This document shows, piece after piece, positions 1 through 11,563 of a stretch of 64,000 bases of DNA; positions within the stretch are counted from its first letter, which is position 1, and every line of letters starts with the position of its first letter. This DNA is from Octopus vulgaris (lineage: Eukaryota), in the NCBI GenBank assembly GCA_951406725.2, contig OX597822.1, forward strand, positions 116,374,001 through 116,438,000. Direction: 5' to 3'. The position numbers were made by a program, and so were the translations under genes. The notes under the pieces are model-generated. The model made no database searches, was not told the origin of the DNA, and worked only from the letters and a program-made list of their open reading frames with translations.

Positions 1-39
1 TATCAAAATTATTTTCTAGAAGTATTTTTTTCATGTCAT

Positions 40-452
40 ATCGGTGGCACGTAGCACCATCCATTCATGGCCATTGCCAACCTCGCCTGGCCCCCGTACC
101 TGTGGCACGTAAAAGCACCATCTGTTCGTGGCCATTGCTAGCCTCGCCTGGCCCCCATGCCGGTGGCACGTAAAAAGCACTATCTGATTGTGGCTGTTGC
201 CAGCCTCGCCTGGCCTTCGTGCCGGTGGCACGTAAAAAGCACCATCCGTCCATGGCCGTTTACCAGCTCCGTCTGGCACCTGTGCGGGTGGCACGTAAAA
301 AGCACCCACTACACTCACGGAGTGGTTGGCGTTAGGAAGGGCATCCAGCTGTAGAAACACTGCCAGATCAGACTGGGCCTGATGCAGCCTTCTGGCTTCA
401 CAGACCCCAGTTGCACCGTCCAACCCATGCTAGCATGGAAAACGGACGCTAA

Positions 453-496
<44 letters not shown>

Positions 497-497
497 C
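40..497 (+). mobile_element. Family A: RTE-LINE 3' end/RTE-tailed repeat with ~57-60 bp internal tandem units and (GAT)n tail
   Basis: Repeated GTGCCGGTGGCACGTAAAAAGCACCATC units, then TGGCGTTAGGAAGGGCATCCAGCTGTAGAAAC...CCATGCTAGCATGGAAAACGGACG and (GAT)n; about 20 copies in the window. Confidence 0.8.
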
Positions 498-804
498 AAC
501 AAAAAAAAAAAAAGAAAAAATTCAGGTATGCATCTGATCTATTCAGATCAGCAGGCTGGAGTTCATTATTATCAGCTCTTGGTGCCATTATCACGATGCT
601 TTAATTACAAAAGAAGAAGCTCATTTCATAGTAACTGTCACTTATTGATGCCACCAAAGGAGCTGATGTAATCTAATCTCCACAGCAAAGTGTTTATCCA
701 AATAAAGCCATAGATACCTGTGGCCGACTCCCTCTGGTAGCCATGTTTTCAACTAACTCCCCACCTCTCAAACAAAGAACCAGGAACCATGTTAAGTAGT
801 CATA

Positions 805-1365
805 CTCTCTCTCTCTCTCTCTTTTACTCTTTCATTGTGGCCATGCTGGAGCACCACCTTTAGTCGAGCAAATCGCCCCCAGATCTTATTCTTTGTAAGC
901 CTAGTACTTATTCTATTGGTCTCTTTTGCCAAACCGCTAAGTTACAGGGACGTAAACACACCAGCATCGGTTGGCAAGCGATGTTGGGGGGGGGGAACAA
1001 ACACACACACACAAACATATACACACACACACACATCATCATCATCATCATCATTGTTTAGCGTCCGTTTTCCATGCTAGCATGGGTTGGACGGGTCAAC
1101 TGGGGTCTGTGAAGCTGGAAGGCTTCGTCAGGCCCAGTCAGATCTGGCAGTGTTTCTACGGCTGGATGCCCTTCCTAACGCCAACCACTCCGCGAGTGTA
1201 GTGGGTGTTTATTACGTGCCACCTGCACAGGTGCCAGACAGTGCTGGCGAACGGCCACGAACGGATGGTGCTTTTACGTGTCACCGGCACGGGGCCAGGC
1301 GATGCTGGCAACGGACATGAACGGATGGTGCTTTTACGTGCCACCGACACAGGGCCAGACAGAGC

Positions 1366-1418
<53 letters not shown>

Positions 1419-1600
1419 GTATATATACATATATACGACGGGCTTCTTTCAGTTTCTGTCTACCAAATCCACTCACAAGGTTTTGGTCGGCCTGAGGCTA
1501 TAGTAGAAGACACTTGCCCAAGGTGCCATGCAGTGGAACTGGACCCGGAACCATGTGGTTGGTAAGCAAGCTACTTACCACACAGCCACTCCTACACCTA
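805..1600 (-). mobile_element. Family B tRNA-headed SINE, split by a family A insertion
   Basis: Tail (825-1030) and head (1435-1600) match the full copy at 45327-45730; A-box/B-box-like head TGGCTGTGTGG...GGTTCAGTCCC. Confidence 0.75.
1035..1360 (-). mobile_element. Family A copy nested in the SINE B central microsatellite
   Basis: (CAT)n then GTTTAGCGTCCGTTTTCCATGCTAGCATGGG...GGATGCCCTTCCTAACGCCAACCACTCC. Confidence 0.8.
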
Positions 1601-1607
1601 TATATAT

Positions 1608-1760
1608 TCCTCATCTGGATGGGACGCTGGTCCATCATAGGATTACTCATTTTGCCAGCAGAGTGGACTGGAGCAATGTGAAATGAAGTGTCTTGCTCAA
1701 GAACACTACACATCACCTTCTCCAGGAATCAAACCCACAATCTTACGATCATGTGTCCAA
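1608..1760 (-). mobile_element. Family D SINE fragment
   Basis: GAGCAATGTGAAATGAAGTGTCTTGCTCAAGAACAC matches copies at 24380-24707 and 58490-58710. Confidence 0.6.
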
Positions 1761-1763
1761 CAC

Positions 1764-1963
1764 TTCCTGGCTTTTGGTAAAAGAAAATACAGGAGGATCA
1801 GTTAATTATGATTTTATCCAACATATTCCTCTTTCAGATTCACACACTTATTGCAGTGGTCCTTCAGTTTTCAAAGCCCAGTAAAGAAACTCAAATGGTT
1901 GGGCTTCCAACCAGACCTTTCATGATATCCCTAAAGCCAGGAACTTTCCAGCACCCTCTTGTA
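1764..1963. mobile_element. Mariner-type MITE (left TIR truncated)
   Basis: TTCCTGGCTTT at left is the inverse of AAAGCCAGGAA in the right end AAAGCCAGGAACTTTCCAGCACCCTCTTG-TA. Confidence 0.6.
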
Positions 1964-2173
1964 AGTCATTATCATGAAATTGACAGGAATTCTTAGACAC
2001 TAATGATTCTTGGAGACCTTTTCTGGAAAACACAGTTCTTAAAACCTGTCTAACTGTTTTTGCTTCAATATTCTTCATTTGTATTTCTGCATCTCACTTT
2101 GCAACATCATCTGCAAATATTAAGAACAGTCCTTAATTCTTGACATAAATGTGATCCACACACATATCTTTAA

Positions 2174-2394
2174 CCCCTTAGCATTTAAACCTGCCATACC
2201 TGGCCAAAATATTCAGCCTGCTTTATGGTCAAAACCATCCAGATCCAACCTCTCACACCTATCCTACAATGTTATTCTAAAAATAAACAGTCACATCATC
2301 AACATTTTGATGCTATAAGACAATTCCTGATTAATTCAAAATAATGTGAATAAATAAGCATTACATTTGCCAAAATAACCTGAATGCTAAAGGG
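2174..2394. mobile_element. piggyBac-type MITE
   Basis: TTAA|CCCCTTAGCATTT...TGAATGCTAAAGGG|TGAA; second copy at 18266-18485. Confidence 0.7.
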
Positions 2395-2409
2395 TGAAAT
2401 ACTTTAGAC

Positions 2410-2691
2410 CAGTAGTTCCCAAACATTTTGGGGGCTGCTGCCACCTTGGCATGTAGGGTGCATTCCTTGCTCCCCCTCCCCAACCTCACAATGACCACAA
2501 ACAATGAGCACTTTCTACAGCAAATTCAAACCAACTCTATTTCACAAATAAAACTTATTTAACTCATTACTTTGTTGTTTTTACATCTATCACCCTGTCT
2601 TTGGCCACCACATTATCACATCACTTTTCTTCAATGGTCCCCACCTCTCTGGATATCCCCCCCCCCCCAGGTGCCACAGTGCTAACCACTG
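2410..2691. mobile_element. hAT (Charlie/Buster-like) MITE
   Basis: 8-bp TSD CTTTAGAC at 2402-2409 and 2692-2699; termini CAGTAGTT...AACCACTG. Confidence 0.75.
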
Positions 2692-3274
2692 CTTTAGACC
2701 ATGTGTGCACTGTGTGAAGTAACTCTGGTTTTATTCTAGGACATGACAGACATCATGCACCTCACTCCATATCCTCACAATAAACCAGCCTCCAAGCTTT
2801 TAATTTGAGCCGATTCCTAATGAACCACACTGTACATTATCATGCACAACTTTTATCATGAGTGTTCTCAAAGAAATTGGTGTAACAATTAATTCTCCAT
2901 TATGCAAGATACCATCTTCAATTGTTCAGTTGTTTGCAATAACTTTTATCACTTATGACTGTTCCATGATTGGTTCTTTCCAGCCAATTAGACCACTTCC
3001 GTTTGGTGTGAATTGCTTTCACAGACTGGCAACTGCGAACCAACTGATCATTATGAAAGCTATTGCATTTCAGTGACAAGCAGACTGTATCAGTAACATC
3101 TTTACAAGCCCGAGTTGCTCGTGAAAAGAACACTCTCACATCGACACTTACATACTGTCATTCCCACCTCATACGAGAAATGAAGACTTATTTTTAATGC
3201 TCATTAACATGCAAGCATTATGACAAAATAATCATTCTACACTCATAGAAATTGTCTGAAATATTCTCCTATTC

Positions 3275-4575
3275 TTTCATTCTTTTACATGTTTTAATCA
3301 TTTGGCTGCAGCCATGCTGGAGCACTGCCTTGAAGGGTTTTAGTCAAAGAAATCAACACCAGGACATATTCTTTGTAAGCCTAATACTTATTCTATTAGC
3401 CTCTTTTGCCGATCAGCTAAGTTACGAGGACATAAACACACTAACATCAGTTGTCAAGTGATGGTGGGTGGTGGTGGTGGGGGGGACAAACGAAGAAATA
3501 CCCCCTTCTATGCACAAACACATATATATATACATATATATATTTATATACAGGGTGTGGTGAATAAATTGTCTAAATTATGCAAAAATGAAAATAACAC
3601 TGACATTTCATTTTAACAGAAATATTTACCAAAATTGCATAAAAATATCTTGAAATACTAAAGAGTAAATTTATTCAATAAAATCGCCCTTGGCTTCAAC
3701 CACGGCCTCCAGACAACTTCAGAATCTCCTACAACAATTCTGGGAGGTCTCCTTGTTTAAGTTGGTGAATGCTGCCATAATCCTTGCCTCCAGTTCATCT
3801 TTGATATGGCAAGGAGTTTTGTTGGTCTCTTGCTCAACTGTGCACCACACATGATAATCAAGGGGGTTGCAGTCTGGGGAGTTAGGTGGTGAGATGTTAG
3901 GAGTGACGTGGTCACAGAAATTGTCTGACAGCCATGACTGGGTTCTCCTGCCTGAGTGGCATGGTGCATTGTCTTGTTGCTAGACATAGGGTCTTTCAGC
4001 AGCCACCCTCTTGACCCAGGGTGGCACTACCTCCTCCAAGCACTTGACGTAGGCCTCTGTGTTGAGTCTGAGGTTACGTGGAATTCTTTTCTTATCAGAA
4101 TGATCAAAGTAAGTTTTCTGAGATGCCGTACCTTCAAAATGACCATCAGACTCATCCAACTCTTTCTGAATCCTCTGCACTGTCCCCAGATTGACACCCA
4201 AACACTCTGAAATTTTCGCATTGATGCTTCCGGTGTGAATGCCAAGCAGTACAGCACGTTGTTTCCAAATTTCTGGCTGAGTGAATTGCGTCATGCTGTT
4301 GTTTTTCTCACAGACGGTGCCCAACTGACCCTACGATACTGTGTAGTCAACAAAATGAAAAACAAACAATGTACATGCATAAAAATAAAAATATAAAATG
4401 TCGACAATTTACCCATCACACCCGGTATGACAGACTTCATTCAGTTTCTGTCTACCAAATCCACTCACAAGGCTTTGGTTGGCCTGAGGCTATAGTAGAA
4501 GACACTTACCCAAGATGCAATGCAGTGGGACTGAACCCAGAACCATGTGGTTGGGAAGCCATGCCTGCACCTATT
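3275..4575 (-). mobile_element. Family B SINE split by a maT transposon
   Basis: Tail at 3275-3545 and head at 4428-4575 flank the inserted element. Confidence 0.7.
3551..4425 (-). mobile_element. Internally deleted maT (DD37D) Tc1/mariner transposon
   Basis: TA TSDs; TIRs CAGGGTGTGGTGAATAAATTGTC / GACAATTTACCCATCACACCCGG; translation PYV*QQDNAPCHSGRRTQSWLSDNFCDHVTPNISPPNSPDCNPLDYHVW has 37 residues between the last two Asp. Confidence 0.9.
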
Positions 4576-6275
4576 ATCTTTAAGTGTTTATGTACATTAT
4601 TTATATTTCCCCGTGGACATTTGTAACTGAGAACTCTGCAATATTTTCGTGAATATGGACTCTGTCTCTCTCTCAGAAGTTATTTAATCCTTTTCATAGA
4701 AACCTGCTTGAGACGACCCCTGCTTCTATAATACAATTTCTGTTTTTAAATGATTCTAAATTAAAACCTTTCTTCAAAATTCCATGTTTATTTATTTTCC
4801 AAACACCAAGTTAATAATAGTAATAATCATTTAACGTCTGTTTTTCATGCTGGCATGGGTTGGACAGTTTGACTTGGGGCTGGCTAGATTCCAGTCATTA
4901 ATAAATTCTGTAATATGCATCAATATGGGATACTTCATAACTCTTTACTTAAGAAATTCCATAACCAGGTGCTATCCTTTGTAAGGCCCGTCTAACAGTT
5001 CATGCAGGTATTGCTTTTGGTAAATCACAATTTTTGCTGCGATATAAATTGTGGCTTGTGATTTGGCCCAATCTAAATTCCCAGCCAAGTAGATATTTCC
5101 ATGTCCACTGAACACACTATACATTCATCAAGGTGTTCCTTTCACTGTTTGAGTGTCTTACTCCAGCCATGGCCAATGCCCTTGACATATATATAACACA
5201 GGATGGTGTTCTTGTGAAGTGTTTCCTATGAAACCTTTATATCTGCATCAGTTGTTGTGATAAATTTTATGACATCACAAGTCTGAACCATTCACTTTGA
5301 TGCTAACAAAAGTTTTATATCCTCAAATGTCTTTTGTTGTTGAAATTCTCATCACCTGGAAAAACCACTTCAAAGATGGCTGTTTTTCAAACAATGTTCA
5401 CAAAAAAGGTTTAATGAAGGAATGTCTAAATTACGTTCAGTACTGTATAAGGTACCACACAGCGTGTATGTGCAATGTGTGAACTGTATATTATGTGGAT
5501 TGAAAATATTTTAGTATGTGACAATTGTCATATATTTTATATGGAAACTCATATGTGTTAACCATAGGAAATATATGCAGTGAACACATATTGTACATCT
5601 TTATACAGAGGATACAACATCAAAATAATATTTATTTTATGTGAATGGAATTTATAAATAATAAATGTCATTGATTATTTATAGAATTTACTGCTTTTGA
5701 TAAATGAACTTTGATCAGAACCCAGTTTAGCTACAAATGATGTGTTGTAATGAGTTTATATGAAATATATGGCATATAAGTTATATTGATGCATCTGTTA
5801 AATACCAGTTTCAATTTATTTGTTTTAAAATGCCATCAATTTCATTGTACAGATATGCTAATATGGTATTAATAATATTCGTTCTGTTCATACATTTAAC
5901 CTGAGTTGGTGCACAGCTAAATACGTTAGGTACAATACCTTATTTAACAAAGTTGAAGGCTGCCACTGTTCCATAAGTTTAAATCCAAAGTGCATTCAGT
6001 CTTTCACCACTATATCATCTTAAAGATTATCTAAAGACGGTAAGAGGTTCTAGATTTGATATTGGAATATACAATGCTTAATTTGTATTGTGCGGTTAAT
6101 CTGTGAATCATATTTTCAAAATAAAAGCAAACAAACAAAAAAGCTACAATATTTTAACATATTGCAACATTAATAATTATATTAATGATTTCTATGGAAA
6201 GTGATTGATTTGTAAAATTTTCTTCTCCAAATAAATCAATTTGTAAAATGTAGCTGAGTTATTGAAACTCTCTCT

Positions 6276-6960
6276 TCAAAGGCGATAAACGTAATCCTTG
6301 GCGGTTCTCATCCAAGATGATACAAAATGGTTATTTGGATTCAGCTTACTTGCGGTGAAGCTGTATGTCTCATAAAAACCAGAGGAATCTCTAATGTTTG
6401 AATGATAACATAGGAAAACTACAAGTTCTATTCCAGTAAATAGATATATTCTTTCCTATAACCAAACAACAAACAGAAAAAAAGTACAACAGCAAAGTGT
6501 ATATTCAGTGAAATTACACCAAGATAACAGTGAATATTGAGTAAAACTAATCTAAATTCTTTTACATTGTTAAAGAACATTTATTTTTAAAAATAGTTTA
6601 TCTTCCAACGTAACATTCTGCTACTGCTTATAGCAACTCGATTCCAGTAAAAGTAGCCAAGGAATTATTCTGCATCAGATTTTATTCATTTATTTATCGC
6701 TTATTTTACACATCTTATCACATGCTTGTTAGTTTTCTTTTGTCTTTATTTACCAATAATGTTTGAGTATCAGAGATAACAGGAATCTTTTACAGGTTCA
6801 TGCAGCAGAATTCCACTCTCAGACCATGGCCTTTTACTGTCTGCCATATAGTTTCTACCATAGAAGAATGTATTATTTGCAGCAAATCAGAATACTTACA
6901 GCTTTATAATTTATCCCTCTTCTCTTATTATTCTTTGTGTAAGACTGCCACAACTTCAAA
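6276..6960 (-). other. Two candidate spliced exons (6960-6900 and 6455-6276), product unknown
   Basis: AG/GTAAGT and polypyrimidine-AG signals; joined frame reads LKLWQSYTKNNKRRGINYKA-ERIYLFTGIELVVF...YRL*; no recognisable domain. Confidence 0.2.
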
Positions 6961-7741
6961 CTAAAGAATGCCAACTTCTTCGACCATCCCCATCCCATCC
7001 TCATCACAACCTCCACCATTACCAACGAGACCACTACCACTAGTATAACAACCACTCTTACCACAACTGCCACTGTTATCAAAATAATGTCAGCAAGCTT
7101 TTCTACCTGTTCAATATAAATTTCTTACATCCGTACTTGGTGTGGCTGTGTGGTAACAAGTTCGCTTCCCAACCACATGGTTCTGGGTTCAGTCTTACTG
7201 CGTGGTTTCCTTGGATATGTGTCTTTTGTTATAGCCCTGGGCCAACCTGTGTGTGAGTGAATTTAATATATGGAAATTGTAAAGAAGCCTATCTTATACA
7301 TGTGTGTGTGTGTTTGTGAGTGTGTGTGTGTGTGCATGTGTGTGTGCGCACATGTGTGTATGTGTGTGTGCGCACATGTGTGTATGTTTGTGTGTGCACA
7401 TGTGTGTGTGTGTGCATGTGTGTATGTATGTGTGTGTGTGTGTGTGTGTTCTTGTCATCATAAAATAGTTGTAAATGATTGTCCCTGTCATACAAGCGGT
7501 ACCATTCAAATTACACCCCTAAACAACAATACATTGTTCAAGGTATTTTAGGAGTGTTCTATTGTTCTACATTTTCAATGGAGATTTAGCTGATTTTCCT
7601 AGCAGATCAACTGACCATATGTAGGCTTTCTCATAGCTCTCTCCAGCCTCCAGTTCATGCAGGCCACAAGCACAATGGTCAGTATTAAGATCTGAACTCA
7701 TGCTCTTATGATCAGTTTTCTGGCATTATTAACAAAACAAC

Positions 7742-8178
7742 TACTTTGTGTTTATTTCGTTTTGGGATTTGGTTTGCAAGATTCTTTATGTGAGTTCGTG
7801 TGTTGAAGCATATTCTGCTGTGTCTGGGGAGAGTCATTTTCTTTTTGTGCCTTATTATGTAACACACTCACCGGTAAAATTTCCACTTATTCCTTATTTT
7901 TATTTTCCTAAAATTTTCATTGCGTCTTGCAACCTTTTCAATAGTCTTGACTCTGTCCGTTATTTACACTCTGTCTGTTATTTACACTTTGTCCGATATT
8001 TACACTGAGTGTAAATAATGGACAGAGTCAAGACTATTGAAAAGGTTGCAAGACGCAATGAAAATTTTAGGAAAATAAAAATAAGGAATAAGTGGAAATT
8101 TTACCTGTGAGTGTGTTACATAATAAGGCACAAAAAGAAAATGACTCTCCCCAGACACAACAGAATACTTTGTGTTTA
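7742..8178. mobile_element. Inverted-repeat insertion (Penelope-like) with 13-bp TSD
   Basis: TSD TACTTTGTGTTTA at 7742-7754 and 8166-8178; ~155-bp near-identical inverted arms 7812-7968 and 8007-8166. Confidence 0.7.
8034..8070 (+). ncRNA. Hammerhead-like motif with U3-A8 core (mirror copy on the minus strand in the left arm)
   Basis: CTA-TTGAAAA-G-GTTGC(AAGAC)GCAAT-GAAA-ATTT-TAG. Confidence 0.4.
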
Positions 8179-8667
8179 GTAATGCCATTAAAATATCTGT
8201 GACTCACATCATCAGTAGCAAGTCTCTGCAATTACACAGAAGTCACACGGTCTTCCAATTCCTCTGCTGCTAGTGGACATTTTCTATCTGTTACAGACAC
8301 TTCTGTGCTTTCAAACAAAAAGTATTGTGGCATGTGACATACTTTCGGTCATATACCACCTAAAAAAACACCCAATGGAGTATTACCTGAAAAGTATTAC
8401 ATAATGCTATACGATCTTGCATTTTGGTTTCATGCCAAATTATATAAGTCATTGTCTAAATAATATCCTGCTTACAGAAACATATGTAGCACTACCCAAG
8501 ACATCCATTCATTTCATCCTTATTATTGTGTGTGTATGTGTGTGTGTAAAAAATGGTATCATTCTTATATTAGTATTGTTTGTTTGTTTTTATCCTCATA
8601 ATCTATTCTGTAATTTATTTTATTCTAAAATTGGTTTTTCATTGCTGGAAAAATATATATACTCCTT

Positions 8668-8894
8668 ACTCTCTCTTTTTACTCTTTTACTTGTTTCAGT
8701 CATTTGACTGTGGCCATGCTGGAGCACCGCCTTTAGTCGAAAAGATCAACCCCAGGACTTATTCTTTGTAAACCTAGTACTTATTCTATTGGTCTCTTTT
8801 GCCGAACCGCTAAGTTACAGGGACATAAGCACGCCAGCATCAGTTGGCAAGTGATGCTGGACAAACACAGACACACAGACACACACACACACAG

Positions 8895-8965
<71 letters not shown>

Positions 8966-9140
8966 CATATATACGACAGGCTTCTTTCAGCTTCCGCTAA
9001 CCAAATCCACTCACAAGCCTTGGTCGGCCCGAGGCTATAGTAGAAGACACTTACCCAAGGTGCCAGGCAGTGGGACTGAACCCGGAACCATGTGGTTGGT
9101 AAGTAAGCTACTTACCACACAGCCACTCCTGCACCTATAT
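8668..9140 (-). mobile_element. Family B SINE, full length
   Basis: Complete head, central (CA)n/(TA)n and (GTAAAAGA) tail. Confidence 0.85.
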
Positions 9141-9309
9141 GGTAACTTATTTTAATTAAATGCAAGATTTTAGAATAAGGATTAGTTGAAAATTAAAAAG
9201 TTATATTGAGGTATTTCAAATAGGAATTAAAATCAAATTTCATACTTAATTTACTGAAAAATTATCAGCATTAATTGAGGTAATCTAACTAATGTAACAT
9301 TATTGGTTG

Positions 9310-9900
9310 TGGAAACAGTAGTGGTAATAGTTGACTGTGGTGGTTGTAGTGGTTGTGGTGGTAATTAGTGGTGGCAGTGATGACGGTGTTGGTGGTGGTG
9401 GTGGTAACAGAGAGCCAGACAGAGAGCTAAGTTATTAACGAAGATGACAGTGTTGGTAATTGTGATTGAGTTAAAGGGTATTTAGTTGTCTGGTGATGGT
9501 GATGATGATGATGGTTGTGGCAGTGGTGATGGTGGTGGTGACATGGAGGTAGAGAAAGAGTTGGCAGATGGCATGGTGATAGGGATGAAGATGATGAGGG
9601 TTAAGATGTTGCTGTCAACAACAGAGCTGCTGCTCATACAGGTGATAGAAATGATTATGATGGTGATGACAGCTATTATAAAAACAACAACGATGATGAT
9701 GATGATGACGGCGACGATGGTGGTGGTGATCATGTCATGATGATAGTGTTGATGATGATGATGACAGCTTTGATATTGATTATAATGATGATAATGATGA
9801 TAATGATGATGGTGATGGTAATAGCAGTTATGATGAAGGCAATGATGATGACCGTGATGATGGCTAATATGATGATGCCAATATTGACGATGATGCAGAA
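9310..9900. repeat. Degenerate (GAT/GGT)n low-complexity tract
   Basis: Direct inspection; similar tracts at 11010-11170, 11565-11780, 12030-12290 and 50150-50580. Confidence 0.9.
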
Positions 9901-9914
9901 TGCAAAATGCTCTG

Positions 9915-10118
9915 GTGATGGTGCCATGTAAAAAGCATCCACTTACACTCTGTAAAATGGTTGGCATTGAGAAGGGCATCCAGCTGTAGAAACCAAGTGA
10001 AAACAGAGCATGGAACATGGTGTGGCTCCTGGCCTTGCCAGCACCTGTCAGACCATTCATCTCATGCCGGCATAGGAAGCAGACATTAAATAAACTGATG
10101 ATGATGATGATGATGATA
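9915..10118 (+). mobile_element. Family A copy
   Basis: TGGCATTGAGAAGGGCATCCAGCTGTAGAAACC...(GAT)n. Confidence 0.75.
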
Positions 10119-10120
10119 AC

Positions 10121-10336
10121 AATAGTGATGCAGTTCTATATTTAAGAGATGAGGAATTATGTACATTATTTACATTTGATGGATATATCATCATCATCAT
10201 CATCATCAGGTGTCTTGGGGAAATTTCAAACCTGGGTTCCCATTCCTAAGGTATTTTTCGATGTTATTATCATTAAGATGAGGACAAATATCCGTCAAAT
10301 GTGTCAAATGTAAATAATGTAAATAGTGATGCAGTT
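10121..10336 (-). mobile_element. Penelope-like pLTR fragment with inverted end and 15-bp TSD
   Basis: Same family as 54738-55119; AATAGTGATGCAGTT at both ends; the terminal piece AAGATGAGGACAAATATCCGTC is inverted relative to the body. Confidence 0.7.
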
Positions 10337-10354
10337 ATAGTAATGCTGATGAAG

Positions 10355-10850
10355 GGCATATGGATGAGGAGAGCTGCATAAAGAAGTGCTAAGCTCTAAT
10401 CGTGAAGGGTACCTGTGGAAGGGGTAGACCCAGGAAGGTGCGGGACGAAGTGGAAGGAGAGAGGATCTTCAGATGCTGGGCCTCATTGAGGAAATGACAA
10501 AGGAGATGTGGCGATTTTCTGTACTTGATAAGACATGTTAGGCTCAGTAAAATCTCTTTCTTCCATTCATACAGGCTTTCCTTGCAGGTGTCAGTACCAC
10601 TTATAAAGCACCTGTGCTTGGGCTGCATTACTGCACCTGTGCCAGTGTTGCATTTATGCATCCATGCTGGTGGCATGTAAAAAGCACCCATCACATTCTG
10701 CTAAGTGGTTGGCACTAGGAAGGGCAAGCAGCTGCAGAAACCATGCCACAACAAACACTTGGAGGCTGGAAAGCTCCCAGCTAGCCAACTTGATGACAAA
10801 CCGTCCAACCCATGCCAGCATAGAGACCAGGTGTTAAACAAGGATGATGA
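10355..10850 (+). mobile_element. RTE-clade LINE 3' end (ORF C-terminus plus family A 3' UTR)
   Basis: HMDEESCIKKC*ALIVKGTCGRGRPRK...DLQMLGL (RTE RGRPRK motif) runs into the family A sequence. Confidence 0.75.
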
Positions 10851-11174
10851 AGAGCATCCATCTATACAAACTATACCAAATATAGACTGTATGGGTGAGA
10901 CAAGGTCCTTAGACCCACATAGCAGGGCAGTAATCCAAAATAAAACCTCACTCGACCTGTGGAAACTAATCCAACCTAAATAAGCATGGAAAGCAGGTGC
11001 ATAGAAAATAATGGTGGTTGTGATGATGATGGTGATGATGATGATGAAGGTGGTGGTGGTGGTAGTGATGATGTTGACAATGATGGTGTTGATGATGATG
11101 AAGATGACGGGGGTGGTGACGGTTGTGGTAGTGATGATGATGACATTGGTGATGGTGATGGTGGTGCTGCTGCT

Positions 11175-11563
11175 TTGTTTGTTTGTTTGTTTGTTTGTTG
11201 AGCGAAGCGGTCTTCGTCCCAGAGTGGGAGAAGTCCGAAACGTGGTCCTTTGCTATTCGTAACACCCGCAGAAGAGAAAGCAGGTCAACCCCCGACACCG
11301 AGAGCATCGACGGATGGACGAATGTGCATCCAGGCTCAGCGGTTGCGTAGAAAGTCAGAGACAAGAAACAGGAAGAAAGAATGAGAGAAAGTTGGGGCGA
11401 AAGAGTACAACAGGGGTCGCCACCCCCATACCCCAGCTGGAGCCTCGTGGAGATTTAGGTGTTTTCGCTCAATAAACACACACAACGCCTGGTCTGGGAA
11501 TTGAAACTGCGATCCTCCGACTGCGAGTCTGCTGCCCTAAACACTGGGCCATTGCGCCTCCAC
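11175..11563 (-). mobile_element. tRNA-headed SINE with (CAAA)n tail
   Basis: Minus strand head GTGGAGGCGCAATGGCCCAGTG...GTTTCAATTCCCAGACC (A/B-box-like); tail (CAAA)n. Confidence 0.65.

Larger units (their letters stand above)
1965..3030 (-). pseudogene. Decayed Ty3/Gypsy integrase (zinc-finger and rve N-terminal part), interrupted by two MITEs
   Basis: Hand translation of the minus strand: TIEDGILHNGELIVTPISLRTLMIKVVHD, VHTWSK, VDHIYVKN*GLFLIFAD, MKNIEAKTVRQVLRTVFSRKGLQESLVSKNSCQF. Confidence 0.65.

Noticed and set aside
11200-11270. GTCCGAAACGTGGTC as a hammerhead half
   Set aside because: No CUGANGA-like core upstream; part of a SINE body
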